From Candidatus Iainarchaeum sp. (GTDB lineage Archaea; Iainarchaeota; Iainarchaeia; JAGGVJ01), in contig JAGGVJ010000040.1 in assembly GCA_021158055.1 (NCBI GenBank), positions 36,474-100,473 on the forward strand: a stretch of 64,000 nt of DNA. The letters run 5' to 3'. A program made the position numbers and the translations under genes. This document shows positions 34,446 through 43,935 of the stretch, piece after piece. Each line of letters begins with the position of its first letter. Position 1 is the first letter of the stretch. Below the pieces are notes generated by a model, which saw nothing but the letters and a program-made list of their open reading frames with translations, was not told the origin of the DNA and ran no database searches.

Positions 34446-37400
34446 ATGATCTTAAAACAAGTATTTTCAATATTTTTGTGCGGAATCCTTCTGCTGTCAC
34501 TCCCACCGATAACCCTTGCGGCAAACGGAAACCCTGTTTACAGCGCAGGCAGCGGCGAATCCACCAGCTACTCTCCGACAAGCCTTGAAAGCACTTGCAA
34601 AACCACGCGCCTTCTGCCCGAAGAAGTCCTGAAATTGTGGGATAATACAATCGGTGAAAAATCAACTTCGATAATTCCCATGGACGAAAGCGCGGAATCA
34701 ATAAACGGCATTCCGCAAAGCAACATCAACCCCAACGCCTCAATAGTAGGCGACAACGGCGAAACAGTCACTGAAGTGCCAAACGAGCTCATCCCAACAA
34801 AACACTACGCAAACCTTCTTGAAAACGGAATGATTACCGGGGAACAGATCTCCGTAAGCTACTCCACAAAAAAAACCGTGCGGATAGGACGCGCGCACGA
34901 AAACACCACACTTGGAAAAACCGGTGGAAAAAACAAGCCTTCCGGAGCATATGTTGTGACTCCGACAGAGAGCAGGGACTTTGAAGTGCGCGAAGAAGGA
35001 AACCCTGACGACATTGCTCTTTTCAGCGACTTCCAGAAAAGATTCAACCAAATGGTAACAACAGGGATAGTGCTTTCCTTTGTGGGACCCGGCTTGTTTG
35101 AAAAGGCCTACCTGAAGTATTTCGGGCCAAAAAAACCCGCCGGAAAACTCTTTGGGAAAAACGTGCAAGCGCAAAAGCTTGAAAAAACAATGCCTGTTTC
35201 ACACAAGGAATTCATGAAAATTAGCGATGACCTCGACAAAGAGCTGGACGAATTGAGCAACACCATAAACCAGTGCATTGGCTGCAAAAATTTTCTCAGG
35301 GCAGCCGTGAACAAAGAAGGTATTGAGCCGGAAATGATTCAGGGTCTTCTTAAAGGCACAGAAGGCAACCCGGGTTTCAGGGCACAAGTACTAGGCTTTC
35401 TTGAAGACTGGTCCAGTTATGCAACGAAAAAAAACCAGCTCATGCTGCACGAATGGCAGACCGCGCAAAGATATGAAGACCTGATAAAAGGAAAACTGAT
35501 GGGCAACGGTGCCCTTGAAAATGCACCACTCGGGCTTATCACGCCTGGAAGCAAATTTTACGGTTACGCTGACGAAGTCGTGGAGGTCGTTTCAGGGAAC
35601 AACACCTACAACGCTCTTCACATAACAGACCCTGAAAAAATAGGGGACTTATTTGCAGTCACAGACCTTACAAGACCCAGGCCGCAGTGGTTCAGGGACA
35701 TCATGGTGGAACACTACAACGAAATCGAAATAGACGCAACGTCAAGACTTAAGGGCATGCTCTCAAAAAATGGGTTCAAAATCCATCTTAAAGACGGAAG
35801 GATAATAGACGCCTCCCCCCAGAAGATGAACGAAATAAGCGACCTTACCCAGATAAGCCACATTGAAGTAAAGGGCGGGGCATGGGACATACCAAACGAC
35901 TGGTATGAAAATGAAGGAGAAGAGCTTTGGAGAAGATTCAACGGCTACATTGATTCAAGAAACTTTGAAAAAGAAATCGGAATGGAAGTAGGTTACTCAA
36001 AAGGAATAAAAAGCACGGAGAAAGGCCTCATAGCAAGAGACAACACTTATATCATTGACAAAAAGGGAAGGCAAAACATAATCGAAAAAGGACAAGTAAT
36101 TCCGGAAGGCTCCCACATTGTGCAGGAAGGCACGTTCGTCACTCCGGGAATTGGAAAAGAAATACGCGAAAAGAAACTTCAATGGGGTATGAGACAACAG
36201 TACGCAAATTCAGTTGATAACATACAGGAAGTTTTGGACAGCATACTCGGCCCGGGCTGGAAGCCGAAATACATAAACCCTGAAGAGACAGCAAAATACA
36301 ACTTTGAACGGTGGATGCTTTCACTTGACATGACAAAAGCATGGGGAGACGGAAGCACTGTTGCAAGGCAGTCAATCGAAAGGTTCATGACAGTAAATGC
36401 GGTGGGTTTTGTCAGAGGGACCCTGCTGATAAACCTGTTCAGCAAACTTCACCTCGGCTCGTTCACAATCTACCCGGGCCCGATAAATGCGCCGGGACTG
36501 GACTCGGGTGAAAAGCTTTACGACGAAGCATACCTGGACATATTTGCAAACTACAAGCTTGACGACGGCGACTTTTTCAACAAATACTGGCTGAACAACT
36601 TTGTCATGCCCCTCCCTGTCATAAAAGACCTTTTCGCAGACGAAAACAGGGCAGGGCAAGTTGACAACATGGCTTACATTGACTCGACGATAGAAGGGAT
36701 AATTTCAGGCGGCAATCCCAAGGTAAAGCTTGGAAGCCTCGCGAAAGCCGATTCAAACAAATCGCTTGAAACGTTTGACATAATAAAAGACTTCAACAAC
36801 GTGCCTTCAGAAACTTTCGCAACTGAATTCCCGAAGCCGAAAAACAGGAAAATCGGAAGAACACTCCTTTCAAAAACAAACGAAGTGAACATTGAAAGCA
36901 CTATCGGGGGAAATGACTCCGAAGGGATCGACCTGTCGTACTCGATGGGTGAAAACGAGCTCTGCGACCAGAAACTCCTTTCAAAAGACATTGCGACAAT
37001 CCCTTACCTGAACAGGGAAATGTCGCTTACAGACCCGATGACTGCCGGGCTTGAACTGTTCCCGGGCCTCGGGGACATAATGGTGTGGGGTGTGGAGACA
37101 AAGTTCTCGGAATGCATTGATGATTCATATTACCTGATGCTTTACACTTCATTAAAAGAAGACTCAAAATCCCAGGACGCAGTAAGAGAACTGCAGGACG
37201 CGGCGTCCCAGGCGACAGCGTTCTTTGACAGCGCCGGCGTTGCTGAAAACGGCGCGTCGCTTGATTCAACTGCCCAGGAAATACAAAACAAGATATCAAA
37301 CATGTCAAAAGCGCAAAACATGCTTCAGGCAAACGCGAAATTCAAGCACGGGTTCACGGGTTCAAACAGTTCGGACGGGCTGTTTTATTTCTGGTGCAAG

Positions 37401-38801
37401 GAATGCGAAATAACCAAAAACAGCGAAAACGGCCGCGAATGTTATGAAAACAGCGAGGGAATAATGGTATGCATTGATGCTGCGGAAGGAAACATAACCG
37501 GCTCTGAGGGAAACCCGATTATCGGGTGGGGGTCCCCGACCGCTGACCAACACCCTTTCTGGGGAGAAGACTTTGCAAGAATACAAAGAAAAGACATGGG
37601 GATTCCAGCAACAATGATTCCGCAAAGCATGACTTACCTGACCCTGCCGGCCGCAAACGAGACAATGTTTATAATTGACAACAAGGGCTACTCCTGGATA
37701 CACTCAGAAGAAGCAAGCAATTGTTTCGGGAAAGCGGTTGCAGACCAGACCGGCCAACCCCTGCAGTCCAACAGCTTGTTTGAAGTGCTCGGGTTTGTCA
37801 TCGCAGTGGAAACAACAGACGGGGTGGGTTCAGTTTCAGACAACTCCATATTCTTTTCAGGCAGTGATCTGAGGGTGATTGGTGAAGACAAATCAGAAAT
37901 GACAATCTCGACAGACAGGAAAACAGGCCTTTCAGGAAACCTCAAAGGCGCAGAAGAACGCACTTCAATGGGTGAGATGACAAACATTTACTTCCAAAAC
38001 GGTCTCGTAACCTGGAAAAAGGGAACAGACAAGCTCATAATCTGGATCTACTCGCTCGGGAGCGCAAACAAGCAAAGCGTGCAGAACATGGAAGTAACCC
38101 CAACAAAAATAACCAACGAAATCAACGGGTGCGTTGCAGAATGGGCATTTGACCTGCAGATAATGGGCGCTGCAAACCCGCTTGCGCAAAAAGACGTTGC
38201 GGGCCTGCAGCAAGGTCTTGATACGATCGGGCCTGTCCAAATCTTTGAAACAGACGACGAAATATTCCAGTTCACTTCAAAACTAGAGGACATCTGCCGG
38301 TATTACCTGAAAATCTACAACAAAAAAACAAGGGAATGGACCCAGTTTGAAATAGAGGACGTAGTCACGGTCCCGGGCGGATTCAAGATAATCGGGGTCG
38401 AGGACGAGGAACACACCCTGCTTTTCAGGGTCGAGGACGGAAGGCCAATTCTCACTCACAACGGGCAGGACCAGTTCATAAAATCAGCAAGCGCCAAAAA
38501 CGGCACTTTTTATTACGACCCGTCAAGCGGGACGTGGTACGCAAGCAACAGCCAGTTGATTCCTTTAAGCGACCTTTTCAAGCAAAACGGGTTCAAGGTT
38601 TCTTCAGACAACGGCCAGACCTCGGCTGTCCCTGGACAAAATCCGATAGGAAGCCTTGTGATAAACAACCCGGGCGCGCCAATTGCGCCGCTTAATCTGC
38701 CGCTCTTCCCGCAGGAACCCGCAATGCTTGCTTTAATGCTTCTTGCAATGCTTTCTTCAATGCTTGCAATCAGACTTAAAAGAACGGAGGGAAACAAATG
38801 A
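34446..38801 (+). CDS. Large secreted surface protein (1451 aa) with candidate C-terminal sorting signal
   Basis: GGTG SD; Sec-type signal peptide MILKQVFSIFLCGILLLSLPPITLA; C-terminus LNLPLFPQEP + TM + RLKR. Confidence 0.85.
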   Translation: MILKQVFSIFLCGILLLSLPPITLAANGNPVYSAGSGESTSYSPTSLESTCKTTRLLPEEVLKLWDNTIGEKSTSIIPMDESAESINGIPQSNINPNASIVGDNGETVTEVPNELIPTKHYANLLENGMITGEQISVSYSTKKTVRIGRAHENTTLGKTGGKNKPSGAYVVTPTESRDFEVREEGNPDDIALFSDFQKRFNQMVTTGIVLSFVGPGLFEKAYLKYFGPKKPAGKLFGKNVQAQKLEKTMPVSHKEFMKISDDLDKELDELSNTINQCIGCKNFLRAAVNKEGIEPEMIQGLLKGTEGNPGFRAQVLGFLEDWSSYATKKNQLMLHEWQTAQRYEDLIKGKLMGNGALENAPLGLITPGSKFYGYADEVVEVVSGNNTYNALHITDPEKIGDLFAVTDLTRPRPQWFRDIMVEHYNEIEIDATSRLKGMLSKNGFKIHLKDGRIIDASPQKMNEISDLTQISHIEVKGGAWDIPNDWYENEGEELWRRFNGYIDSRNFEKEIGMEVGYSKGIKSTEKGLIARDNTYIIDKKGRQNIIEKGQVIPEGSHIVQEGTFVTPGIGKEIREKKLQWGMRQQYANSVDNIQEVLDSILGPGWKPKYINPEETAKYNFERWMLSLDMTKAWGDGSTVARQSIERFMTVNAVGFVRGTLLINLFSKLHLGSFTIYPGPINAPGLDSGEKLYDEAYLDIFANYKLDDGDFFNKYWLNNFVMPLPVIKDLFADENRAGQVDNMAYIDSTIEGIISGGNPKVKLGSLAKADSNKSLETFDIIKDFNNVPSETFATEFPKPKNRKIGRTLLSKTNEVNIESTIGGNDSEGIDLSYSMGENELCDQKLLSKDIATIPYLNREMSLTDPMTAGLELFPGLGDIMVWGVETKFSECIDDSYYLMLYTSLKEDSKSQDAVRELQDAASQATAFFDSAGVAENGASLDSTAQEIQNKISNMSKAQNMLQANAKFKHGFTGSNSSDGLFYFWCKECEITKNSENGRECYENSEGIMVCIDAAEGNITGSEGNPIIGWGSPTADQHPFWGEDFARIQRKDMGIPATMIPQSMTYLTLPAANETMFIIDNKGYSWIHSEEASNCFGKAVADQTGQPLQSNSLFEVLGFVIAVETTDGVGSVSDNSIFFSGSDLRVIGEDKSEMTISTDRKTGLSGNLKGAEERTSMGEMTNIYFQNGLVTWKKGTDKLIIWIYSLGSANKQSVQNMEVTPTKITNEINGCVAEWAFDLQIMGAANPLAQKDVAGLQQGLDTIGPVQIFETDDEIFQFTSKLEDICRYYLKIYNKKTREWTQFEIEDVVTVPGGFKIIGVEDEEHTLLFRVEDGRPILTHNGQDQFIKSASAKNGTFYYDPSSGTWYASNSQLIPLSDLFKQNGFKVSSDNGQTSAVPGQNPIGSLVINNPGAPIAPLNLPLFPQEPAMLALMLLAMLSSMLAIRLKRTEGNK

Positions 38802-39223
38802 CAGAAAAAGAAAACAAATCACCTGAAAATACAGATGAAAAACAGACAGAGGAAACACAAGAAAATCCAGTTCAGGAAGAACAGGACACCACCCAACAGG
38901 AAACAAACGAAGACGATGAAAACAAGCCGTTCACAAACGCAAGGGTAGATCGCCTCATGAGAAAAGCTCTTTCAAAAAAACTCATGATAAGAGGAAAAGT
39001 CCGCGATGCAATGAACGATTTCCTGGGGGAAATCGGCTCAAAAACAACAAAAGAAATGGGCCAGACTGAATACGCGTACATTGAAATGGACGACTTCATG
39101 AAAGCCACTGAAAAATACAAAAAAGCCGAATACCTTGACGAAGAAAAACAAAGGATAGTTGCAAGCCTTGAAAAGCTAAAACTTGACATCAACGCGCTTA
39201 TCCGCGACCTTGAAAGGTTATGA
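38798..39223 (+). CDS. Histone-fold protein with acidic N-terminal tail and C-terminal coiled coil
   Basis: PFTNARVDRLMRKAL..MIRGKVRDAMNDFLGEI...YIEMDDF resembles the histone fold (LPxAxVxRlh..I..A..h..F); E/D/Q-rich 42-aa tail. Confidence 0.65.
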   Translation: MTEKENKSPENTDEKQTEETQENPVQEEQDTTQQETNEDDENKPFTNARVDRLMRKALSKKLMIRGKVRDAMNDFLGEIGSKTTKEMGQTEYAYIEMDDFMKATEKYKKAEYLDEEKQRIVASLEKLKLDINALIRDLERL

Positions 39224-39233
39224 TTTCAGAAAA

Positions 39234-39265
39234 TGAGGGGGTTTTTCCCCTCAACAAATTTTTTT
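39234..39265. terminator. Stem-loop terminator between convergent genes
   Basis: TGAGGGG-GTTTTT-CCCCTCA followed by a T-run. Confidence 0.6.
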
Positions 39266-39304
39266 ATAGTTCAGGATTCAGACATAGATAAATTTTTTTA
39301 GAAT

Positions 39305-40060
39305 TCAGACATACATTGAGTTGCCTGAATTGTTTTTTGTGAACTTTTCTTTCTCGTTTTTGAGCTTGTCGTAAACAATCTGCAGCTGGTTGTCAACAAG
39401 TTTGGCTTCTTTTAAAAGCGGTTTTATGTCAAGGTCAAACTTAAGCAGCTTGCTTAACTTGGTAATCACTGCCGCAGCAGAGTGATAGTCAGGTAGGTCT
39501 GCGGGAGTTTCTCCAAGAATACTCAACGCAGGCTTTTTGTCTGAATGGCACCGCACAAGCAAGAGAGCAGAAAGCCCGGAACTTATGCCGTCATTTATTA
39601 TTTCAACATCAAGCGACTTGAGCTTTTCAACCTCGGCGTCAGTGCTTCCAAACCCAAAAACCTTGGGTTCGGCTCCGTTCTTTTTGTTGTCAGTAACCTT
39701 CCTGCGGGTCTTTATCCCGCTAAGCGACACCATGCTTTTGAAATTTCTTTTGCTTGCCCAGTCATAAATCGCGTCTGACACTTCGTAGCTGACCTGCATC
39801 GGCAGCGCATATTCAGAAATGATCAAAATAATATCCATTTTTTCGCTTGCATAAATTCGCGCTGAATGAAACGGTTTTCCGTTGTGTATTATTACAAACG
39901 GGGGAAACTTGTCTGAATCAATGAACCCTATTTGTTTCATGTCAAGTTTTTCAATCAAATACTGTGCTGCGATAACACCGACTTTTCCGCTTCCGCTGAA
40001 CCCCTCGATGAGTATCGGGGAATCAAGTGAAACATCTTCAAATTCAACTATATTCGTCAT
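39305..40060 (-). CDS. PAC2 family proteasome assembly chaperone-like protein
   Basis: LIEGFSGSGKVGVIAAQYLIEKL, FPPFVII, PDYHSAAAVI, LLKEAK. Confidence 0.88.
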   Translation of the reverse strand: MTNIVEFEDVSLDSPILIEGFSGSGKVGVIAAQYLIEKLDMKQIGFIDSDKFPPFVIIHNGKPFHSARIYASEKMDIILIISEYALPMQVSYEVSDAIYDWASKRNFKSMVSLSGIKTRRKVTDNKKNGAEPKVFGFGSTDAEVEKLKSLDVEIINDGISSGLSALLLVRCHSDKKPALSILGETPADLPDYHSAAAVITKLSKLLKFDLDIKPLLKEAKLVDNQLQIVYDKLKNEKEKFTKNNSGNSMYV

Positions 40061-40208
40061 TTTTTCACCTTAATCTGCTGCGAGTTCAAAAACAAAAATC
40101 TTCAAAAACGCTTTATATGCATTAATAAAAAAATATGATTCAATATAATAACATTGGCATTCAACCCTGATAACATCGGCACTCAACGCTGAAAACATTA
40201 AGTTGCAT

Positions 40209-41150
40209 TCAAACAAGCAATCCGCTGAAAAACAAAAACACAAAAAGTGCGCATGGGAGCATCAAAGCCGAATAAAGAACGCCTTTCCTGATGTTTCCCT
40301 CCTGCAAAGCCAGGAAAAACGATGCGATAACCGAATACAAGGCAAGGTAAATGTGGGTTCCGAAAACAGCGTTTTCAAGCACTTCTTTTTTAAGTGCCGA
40401 ATCCATTCCGAAACCGATTTCAACAAGCCCTGAAAAATCAAGCGACGAGACCATACCAAGCAGTATTCCAAGTATGGCCGGCACAAAAAAAGCACCTGCC
40501 AAAATCAATGTGTACTTCTCAATAGACAAAGAAGCCTGACTTTCCCTGTAAAGTGACCTCACTTCGTAAATATCATCTGCGACTTCGCGCAGGGCTATGC
40601 TCATGTCAAAACCTGTTGAGTAACCCTGGCTCAGGAGAACGCAGGCTCGCCTGACAAGGGAAGAATTGCACCGCCGCCAAAGCCCGTCAAATGCCTCCGG
40701 AACAGGTGCCCCTGCATTTATCTGTTTCAGGGTCAGCGCAAATTCATCGGAAAGCCACGGATAATTCGAAGAAGAAACCGACGCAAGCGATCGTTCAATT
40801 GGCGAGCCTGCAGGAAAAGAAGACATTTGGTAAAGGGCGTCAGGCAAAAACAGCTCTATCTGGCTTACTCTTCTTGCGCAGATCATTCCCGCTGAAAAAA
40901 ACACAATCAAGGGAGGCGCAACTATTGAGAAAAACAAAAGAATCCCCTTCATTGAACTGACTGAACCGCCTGTATCAAACAAGTCAGATGCGGCTAAAAC
41001 CAAAAAAACCAAAAAAATGCTTGCAAGATAAGACAAATCAAAAAAACGGTAAATGTCTGTTTCCCCAACTACCCTTGACAGCTCTTTTGACAACACTAAC
41101 AAATTGTCTTTTCCAAAAACAATATCTGAAATCAGTCTCATTTGCATCAC
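40209..41150 (-). CDS. TadC/T2SS-F family membrane protein
   Basis: IELFLPDALYQMSS, LSDEFAL..QINAGAPVPEAF, C-terminal TMs. Confidence 0.85.
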   Translation of the reverse strand: MMQMRLISDIVFGKDNLLVLSKELSRVVGETDIYRFFDLSYLASIFLVFLVLAASDLFDTGGSVSSMKGILLFFSIVAPPLIVFFSAGMICARRVSQIELFLPDALYQMSSFPAGSPIERSLASVSSSNYPWLSDEFALTLKQINAGAPVPEAFDGLWRRCNSSLVRRACVLLSQGYSTGFDMSIALREVADDIYEVRSLYRESQASLSIEKYTLILAGAFFVPAILGILLGMVSSLDFSGLVEIGFGMDSALKKEVLENAVFGTHIYLALYSVIASFFLALQEGNIRKGVLYSALMLPCALFVFLFFSGLLV

Positions 41151-41224
41151 TTCACAACCTCATTTCAATCATAATTCACAACCTCATTTCAATCATAATT
41201 CACAACCTCATTTGCATCACTTCA
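41137..41224 (-). repeat. 22-24-bp tandem repeats at the tadC-tadC junction, each carrying SD, start and stop
   Basis: Minus strand: GTGATGCAAATGAGGTTGTGA ATTATGATTGAAATGAGGTTGTGA x2 AGTGATGCAAATGAGACTG. Confidence 0.9.
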
Positions 41225-42068
41225 TAAAAACAGGGGTTTTTGAACGGATAAAACACAAAACACCCAGGTCAATCAACGGAAAAACAACTGCGGGAATTAA
41301 GAGCGCCTGCATGGGAGTAAAAGACAGGTAAAGAAAATTTGAGCCGACAATAATAAAAGCCTGAAAAAGCGCCGGCACTATTGCTGAAACCGCAATAAAA
41401 ACAAGCGAAAACACAACCAATCTGCCGTTGTATTCAGTCATTTCAGATTTTTGCTTTGAAAGCTGTTCCTGCGCAACAGCCTTCAGCGGTTCTCCCGCGG
41501 TTCCTTCATCTGGTTTTCCCTGCTCGTACACTGAAATCATGTGGCGAACACATCTTTTGAGATAAACTGAATCAACGCGCTCCCCAAAACCATTTAACGC
41601 GGACTGCACCGAAGCACCTGCAACACGAATATCCAAAAGCACGATCCCCATTTCTTTTCCGGCTTCCCCAAAAGACGGGTTGGCTGCGTTTTCAAGCACT
41701 TTTTCAAACGGAAGATTCACATTTATCTCAATTGCCATCGTGCGAAGAAGAAGAGGGAGCTCTGACTCAATTTTTTTTCCCCTGATTTTTTTAAGGCGGT
41801 TTGGGTAAAAACTTAACCCAAAAAAGTACACGGCAAAAAACAGTAGCGAAAAAACAACAGGGAAAAACACAATACTCAGCCACAACGACACCACTGAAGA
41901 AACAAAAAGAGAAACCAGTACGGCAACCAAAATCACTGCCGAAACAAATGAATCCACACTGCTGTCAATCCCCGCCTGCAAAAGGTCTTTTTTCAGTTTT
42001 TCTTTTCTTTGCGCAGAACAAAAAACTTTCAAAAAACCGTTTTTTAATGCAACTTCCAAGCCACTCAT
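41217..42068 (-). CDS. TadB/TadC (T2SS-F) family membrane protein
   Basis: LKKDLLQAGI, IESELPLLLRTMAIEINVNLPFEKVL; likely start MSGLEV (ORF extends to 42146). Confidence 0.85.
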   Translation of the reverse strand: MSGLEVALKNGFLKVFCSAQRKEKLKKDLLQAGIDSSVDSFVSAVILVAVLVSLFVSSVVSLWLSIVFFPVVFSLLFFAVYFFGLSFYPNRLKKIRGKKIESELPLLLRTMAIEINVNLPFEKVLENAANPSFGEAGKEMGIVLLDIRVAGASVQSALNGFGERVDSVYLKRCVRHMISVYEQGKPDEGTAGEPLKAVAQEQLSKQKSEMTEYNGRLVVFSLVFIAVSAIVPALFQAFIIVGSNFLYLSFTPMQALLIPAVVFPLIDLGVLCFIRSKTPVFMK

Positions 42069-42111
42069 AACAACACCCGCCCATTCACAACAACACCTGT
42101 CCTTTGCTGCC

Positions 42112-43926
42112 TCAAACATCCCCTGCATCAAAATAAAACCCGCCATCGCTATTTTTCAGAACAAACCTGAGCTTTTTCTTTGCGTGCTTCAGTTTTTCCG
42201 CAAACTTTTCACCGCGAAAGGCCATTTCAACTTTTCTTTTTATCACAACACTGCTGCCTGCTTTTTTCAGTTTCCCCTTTGAATGGTCAAATTCAAAAAC
42301 AGTGTTGATTTCAGGGGCACCGTCTTTGCTTCGTTTTATCTCGCTTATCTCAACAATTTTCCTGACCTCTCTTTTTGCCTCTTTGCTGAACTCAGTCCAC
42401 CTTCTCTGAACCACAATCAAGTCAATTGACGGCAAATCAATCCCAAGCACGCCAAGGTTTTTCAGCCTGAGAAGCGCTTCCGAAGCGCTTTGCGCGTGAA
42501 ACGTGGCAAAAGACCCCTTGCCCTGGCCGGCAAGAACAGTATTCATGAACGCTTTTGCCTCGCGCTCATCCCGCACCTCACCCACTATTACGCGGTCCGG
42601 GCGCATGCGCAAAGAGTCAAGAACCAGGTCACTCATGCTCACTTTCAAAGAATCATTTACTGCCAGACGCACCACGTGAGGGTGAGGCAGGTTTATCTCC
42701 GGGGTTTCCTCTGTAACTATTATTCTTTCGTCAATAGGAACAAAAGAAAAAAGAGCATTCAAAGTAGTGGTTTTTCCCGAACCCGTGTTTCCTGCAATCA
42801 CCATGCTTGAATCTACAAGCATTGCAAGACACAAAAAACTCATTGCGTCCAGGTTAATCGTCTTGCTGCTGATTAAATCAGCCGGCGTAAACGGCTTGCT
42901 TCTAAACTTCCTTATTGTCAAAACACAGCCGTCAAGCGCAAGAGGAGGGATAACAGCATGCATTCTCGAACCGTCTGAAATGCTTGCGTTGAGCCTCGGG
43001 GTTGTGAAAGTGACTCTCCTTCCAAGCGACCTCGCCATCTTATTTATCACTGCAATGGTTTTTTCGCTCCCTGTCAAAAAAAGGTTTGTTGCAAGCCACC
43101 CGAAAGAATTGTGAAAGACATAAACGGGTTTCTCGTCGCCTATCAATGCAATCTCTTCAATTTCATCGTCCTTCATGAGGCAAGAAAGCGGCCCGAACCC
43201 TGTTATTTCGTTTTTTATGATTTCAAACAGGTAACTCTCCTGAAAATCATCAAGCTCCAGGCAAAGCGCGTCACAGTACCCTTCAAGCAGGTGTTTCAAA
43301 TCCATTTCAATGTTGCTGTCTTCTTTGGCCCTTATTTTTTGCTTGTATTTCAAAAGGATGTCTGAAACAATTTTTGCTTCGCTTCCGCTGAGCTCCGGAA
43401 CATCAACGATTTCGTAAAAATTTAACTGGCAACTGCTGCCGTGGCGGTTATCAGCGAAAGCGTTTCTTGCTGAACAAATTATTCTGGATTCGTTTTCCTT
43501 AAGCACAAGCGGGCGTTTGCCTGAAGAACGCGGTTTTATTTTCCAGCCAAGAACTTTTTCAGGCGGCAGCTCATCTGAAAAGTCAACGCTCAATGCATTG
43601 ACAGGGCAGACCTTCACGCACTCGGGAAACTGCCTTGACATGCACAAGTCGCATTTTATTAAGTGGCCTGGTTTTATGGCTTCAAAATCACATTTTACGG
43701 TACATTCCCGACAAGTTGCGCATTTTTTCGTGTCAAGCACAAGCACTCCCTGAAACGATTCAAAAAAAGCGTTTTTCGAGCATGTTTTCCTGCACAATGC
43801 AGTGTCCGGATCGCAGTGCTGGCACTCAAATACCATGTATTCAGTGGGTTTGTTCGGACACGCGTCCAGACACTTTCCGCACTTTATACAAATATCAGAA
43901 TCCCGCCTGATTCTCATTTCCCGCAA
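42112..43926 (-). CDS. CpaF/VirB11-family pilus ATPase fused to an N-terminal 16-Cys multi-[4Fe-4S] ferredoxin domain
   Basis: CIKCGKCLDACP, CQHC..CRKTC, CATCRECTVKC, CDLC..CVKVCP; Walker A IAGNTGSGKTT, LRMRPDRVIVGEVR, ATFHA. Confidence 0.9.
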   Translation of the reverse strand: MREMRIRRDSDICIKCGKCLDACPNKPTEYMVFECQHCDPDTALCRKTCSKNAFFESFQGVLVLDTKKCATCRECTVKCDFEAIKPGHLIKCDLCMSRQFPECVKVCPVNALSVDFSDELPPEKVLGWKIKPRSSGKRPLVLKENESRIICSARNAFADNRHGSSCQLNFYEIVDVPELSGSEAKIVSDILLKYKQKIRAKEDSNIEMDLKHLLEGYCDALCLELDDFQESYLFEIIKNEITGFGPLSCLMKDDEIEEIALIGDEKPVYVFHNSFGWLATNLFLTGSEKTIAVINKMARSLGRRVTFTTPRLNASISDGSRMHAVIPPLALDGCVLTIRKFRSKPFTPADLISSKTINLDAMSFLCLAMLVDSSMVIAGNTGSGKTTTLNALFSFVPIDERIIVTEETPEINLPHPHVVRLAVNDSLKVSMSDLVLDSLRMRPDRVIVGEVRDEREAKAFMNTVLAGQGKGSFATFHAQSASEALLRLKNLGVLGIDLPSIDLIVVQRRWTEFSKEAKREVRKIVEISEIKRSKDGAPEINTVFEFDHSKGKLKKAGSSVVIKRKVEMAFRGEKFAEKLKHAKKKLRFVLKNSDGGFYFDAGDV

Positions 43927-43935
43927 AGCCCCAAG

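Noticed and set aside
16014-41224. Repeat clusters (16.0, 34.0, 41.1 kb) as CRISPR arrays
   Set aside because: Units are directly adjacent with no unique spacers, and no cas genes are present
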